The translations under genes and the position numbers were made by a program. Shown one piece after another: positions 62,548 through 64,000 of a stretch of 64,000 bases of DNA. The stretch's first letter is position 1, and the number at the start of each line of letters is the position of its first letter. The DNA lies in assembly GCA_041674705.1 (NCBI GenBank), contig JBAYVF010000002.1, positions 78,330 through 142,329 of the forward strand. Reading direction: 5' to 3'. This DNA is from Candidatus Omnitrophota bacterium (GTDB taxonomy: Bacteria > Omnitrophota > Omnitrophia > Omnitrophales > Aquincolibacteriaceae). The notes beneath the pieces are model-generated. The model worked only from the letters and a program-made list of their open reading frames with translations. It was not told the DNA's origin and searched no databases.

Positions 62548-63631
62548 CTTGATCTTTATGACCGGCGCGACCGGTGTGTTGGGACAGGACCTCGTCAAGG
62601 AGCTGCTTCGGACAACGAATTCCCAGATCGCGCTCCTAGCCCGCGCGAAAAACCGCGCCTCTCATTCCGACCGGGTCAAAAAGATCCTCACTTCGATCGG
62701 CATCGATTCTCATCTGGGTTCCCGCGTTCATGTGGTCGAAGGGGACGTGACACAGCACAAATTTGGTCTCAAAAAAGCCGATCTCGAATATCTGGAACGC
62801 GAATGCAAGGTTTTCTACCACATCGCCGCTCTCACGGCCTTGAACGGGACGGAGAAGGAATGCCAGCAGATCAATGTGGGAGGGACTGAGCACGCTCTTG
62901 AATTAGCCTGGGATCTCCGAAAAAAAGGAAAGCTCGAACGTTTCATCTATTTCAGCACGGCGTTCGTGGCCGGAAGCGTGTGGGACCATTGTTCCAAGGA
63001 AGATGAACTGCCGGCCAAGCCTGTCTTTGCGAACTATTACGAGTCGAGCAAGTACAAGGCGGAGACTAAGGTTCGCGAGGCGATGGCGAAGGGTCTTCCC
63101 GTCACGATCATTCGTCCGAGCATTGTGGTGGGCCATTCCGAAACCGGCGTGGTGTCGGATTTTAATGTGATCTATCCTTTCATCAAGCTTTTTGCCCACG
63201 GAGTGCTTTCCAAGATCCCCACGCATCGCGAAAACACGTTCAATATCGTGCCCATTGATTTTGTGATCCGCGCGACTTGCGCGATCGTTAAGGACCCGCG
63301 GAGCATCAATAAAGCTTTTCATGTGGTGGCGCCGAAACCGCCGTCGATCGGCATGCTTCTCAGGGTGGGGGAAGAAGAATATTCGGCCATTCCTCCGATC
63401 GAGGTGATCGACCCTAAACATTTCAAAAAAAACAAAATGGGCGCGCAGGAGCAAATGGTCTTCGCGATGCTGGAGCCTTACTTGGGATATCTAAACGGGC
63501 AGCTCACATTCGACACCACCAACACCCGCGAGATCTTGCGCGGCACAGGGATCCCCATGCCCAAGACCGACCATGCTTTCCTCAAGACCCTGATCCGTTA
63601 TGCCGTTAAAGTCGGGTATCTGGCGATCTAA
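62537..63631 (+). CDS. thioester-reductase-type SDR (acyl-ACP/CoA reductase, NAD_binding_4-like)
   Basis: LIFMTGATGVLGQDLVKELL...ALLARAK, YxxSK (YYESSKYKAE), and an 11-nt overlap with the KS gene. Confidence 0.7.
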   Translation: MPHNLIFMTGATGVLGQDLVKELLRTTNSQIALLARAKNRASHSDRVKKILTSIGIDSHLGSRVHVVEGDVTQHKFGLKKADLEYLERECKVFYHIAALTALNGTEKECQQINVGGTEHALELAWDLRKKGKLERFIYFSTAFVAGSVWDHCSKEDELPAKPVFANYYESSKYKAETKVREAMAKGLPVTIIRPSIVVGHSETGVVSDFNVIYPFIKLFAHGVLSKIPTHRENTFNIVPIDFVIRATCAIVKDPRSINKAFHVVAPKPPSIGMLLRVGEEEYSAIPPIEVIDPKHFKKNKMGAQEQMVFAMLEPYLGYLNGQLTFDTTNTREILRGTGIPMPKTDHAFLKTLIRYAVKVGYLAI

Positions 63632-63669
63632 AAATATTATTGTCATCAAAACTCTAAGGAGAAAATTCA

Positions 63670-64000
63670 ATGAAAAATAAAATGGTTTCGATCTTGATCC
63701 TGGCGCTTTTAAACCTCTGGATCCCTTATGCGAACGCCGAAAATTCCCAGGATCTGGATCCGATGGTCTCTCCGGATGCTCAAGCGACCGTGACGGAAGA
63801 CACTTCTACGGGCGCCATGACTGCCGGACAAGCAAGCAATGTAGTGAGCACCACCGATACAGTCACGCCGGAGAAGAAAGTCGAAGAACCCAAAAAGGAA
63901 AAATCTAAGAAATCCTCGAAGAAGAAATCTTCCGAGAAAAATTCCGAGAAGAAAAAGAAGAAGACGCCTCCGGCAAGCACCAAGAAACACAAGAAAAGTT
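63670..64000 (+). CDS. secreted Lys-rich protein, 3'-truncated by the window edge
   Basis: AGGAG at 63657-63661. MKNKMVSILILALLNLWIPYANA signal peptide followed by a KKEKSKKSSKKKSSEKNSEKKKKK tract. No stop before nt 64000. Confidence 0.5.
   Translation, partial: MKNKMVSILILALLNLWIPYANAENSQDLDPMVSPDAQATVTEDTSTGAMTAGQASNVVSTTDTVTPEKKVEEPKKEKSKKSSKKKSSEKNSEKKKKKTPPASTKKHKKS

Overview
This is a 64-kb bacterial chromosomal window with coding on both strands, SD-type ribosome-binding sites and many 1-13 nt start/stop overlaps. The taxon cannot be assigned from sequence alone; the giant ORF is reminiscent of uncultivated PVC/Omnitrophota-type genomes, which is only a guess. No rRNA, CRISPR array or intact transposase was seen.

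- **nt 1-17542:** one giant ORF of at least 5836 aa, probably cut at its 5' end by the window edge. It strings together unrelated modules: HAD-like phosphatase, GT2 glycosyltransferase, TPR-like helices, a J-domain behind a single TM helix, and a carbon-nitrogen hydrolase. The pentapeptide R-[S/A]-E-x-R punctuates it 17 times at module borders. This is the most unusual feature of the window.
- **17.5-32 kb:**
  - a heavily structured 644-bp spacer;
  - metH with an SD-sequestering leader, and a convergent GTP-PEPCK;
  - a beta-carbonic-anhydrase-like / alpha-oxoamine synthase / SDR operon;
  - a start-less ParB-like remnant;
  - a regulatory/stress block (CarD-like, tandem Usp, EIIA-Ntr, CBM48);
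  - a SulP anion transporter and an ArsR regulator.
- **32.2-41.4 kb:** a 9-kb translationally coupled operon. An HTH-EIIA fusion is followed by a six-subunit group-4-hydrogenase-like complex and then a ClC channel. The complex's large subunit lacks the NiFe cysteines (Ehr type).
- **about 43-46.8 kb:** an integrative-element remnant (replication-relaxation-like protein, Zn-ribbon protein, large serine recombinase) abutting tRNA-His.
- **47.9-54.5 kb:** housekeeping genes (prfB with its +1 frameshift, a band-7 lipoprotein, secA, lnt). A local family of inverted heptanucleotide-array hairpins, (GTACGGN)n...(NCCGTAC)n, spans 47.5-57.5 kb across this block and the next.
- **54.5-64 kb:** a signal-peptide-bearing HdcA-like decarboxylase, lipoproteins, and a KS/CLF-type lipid or polyketide-like cluster ending in a thioester reductase.
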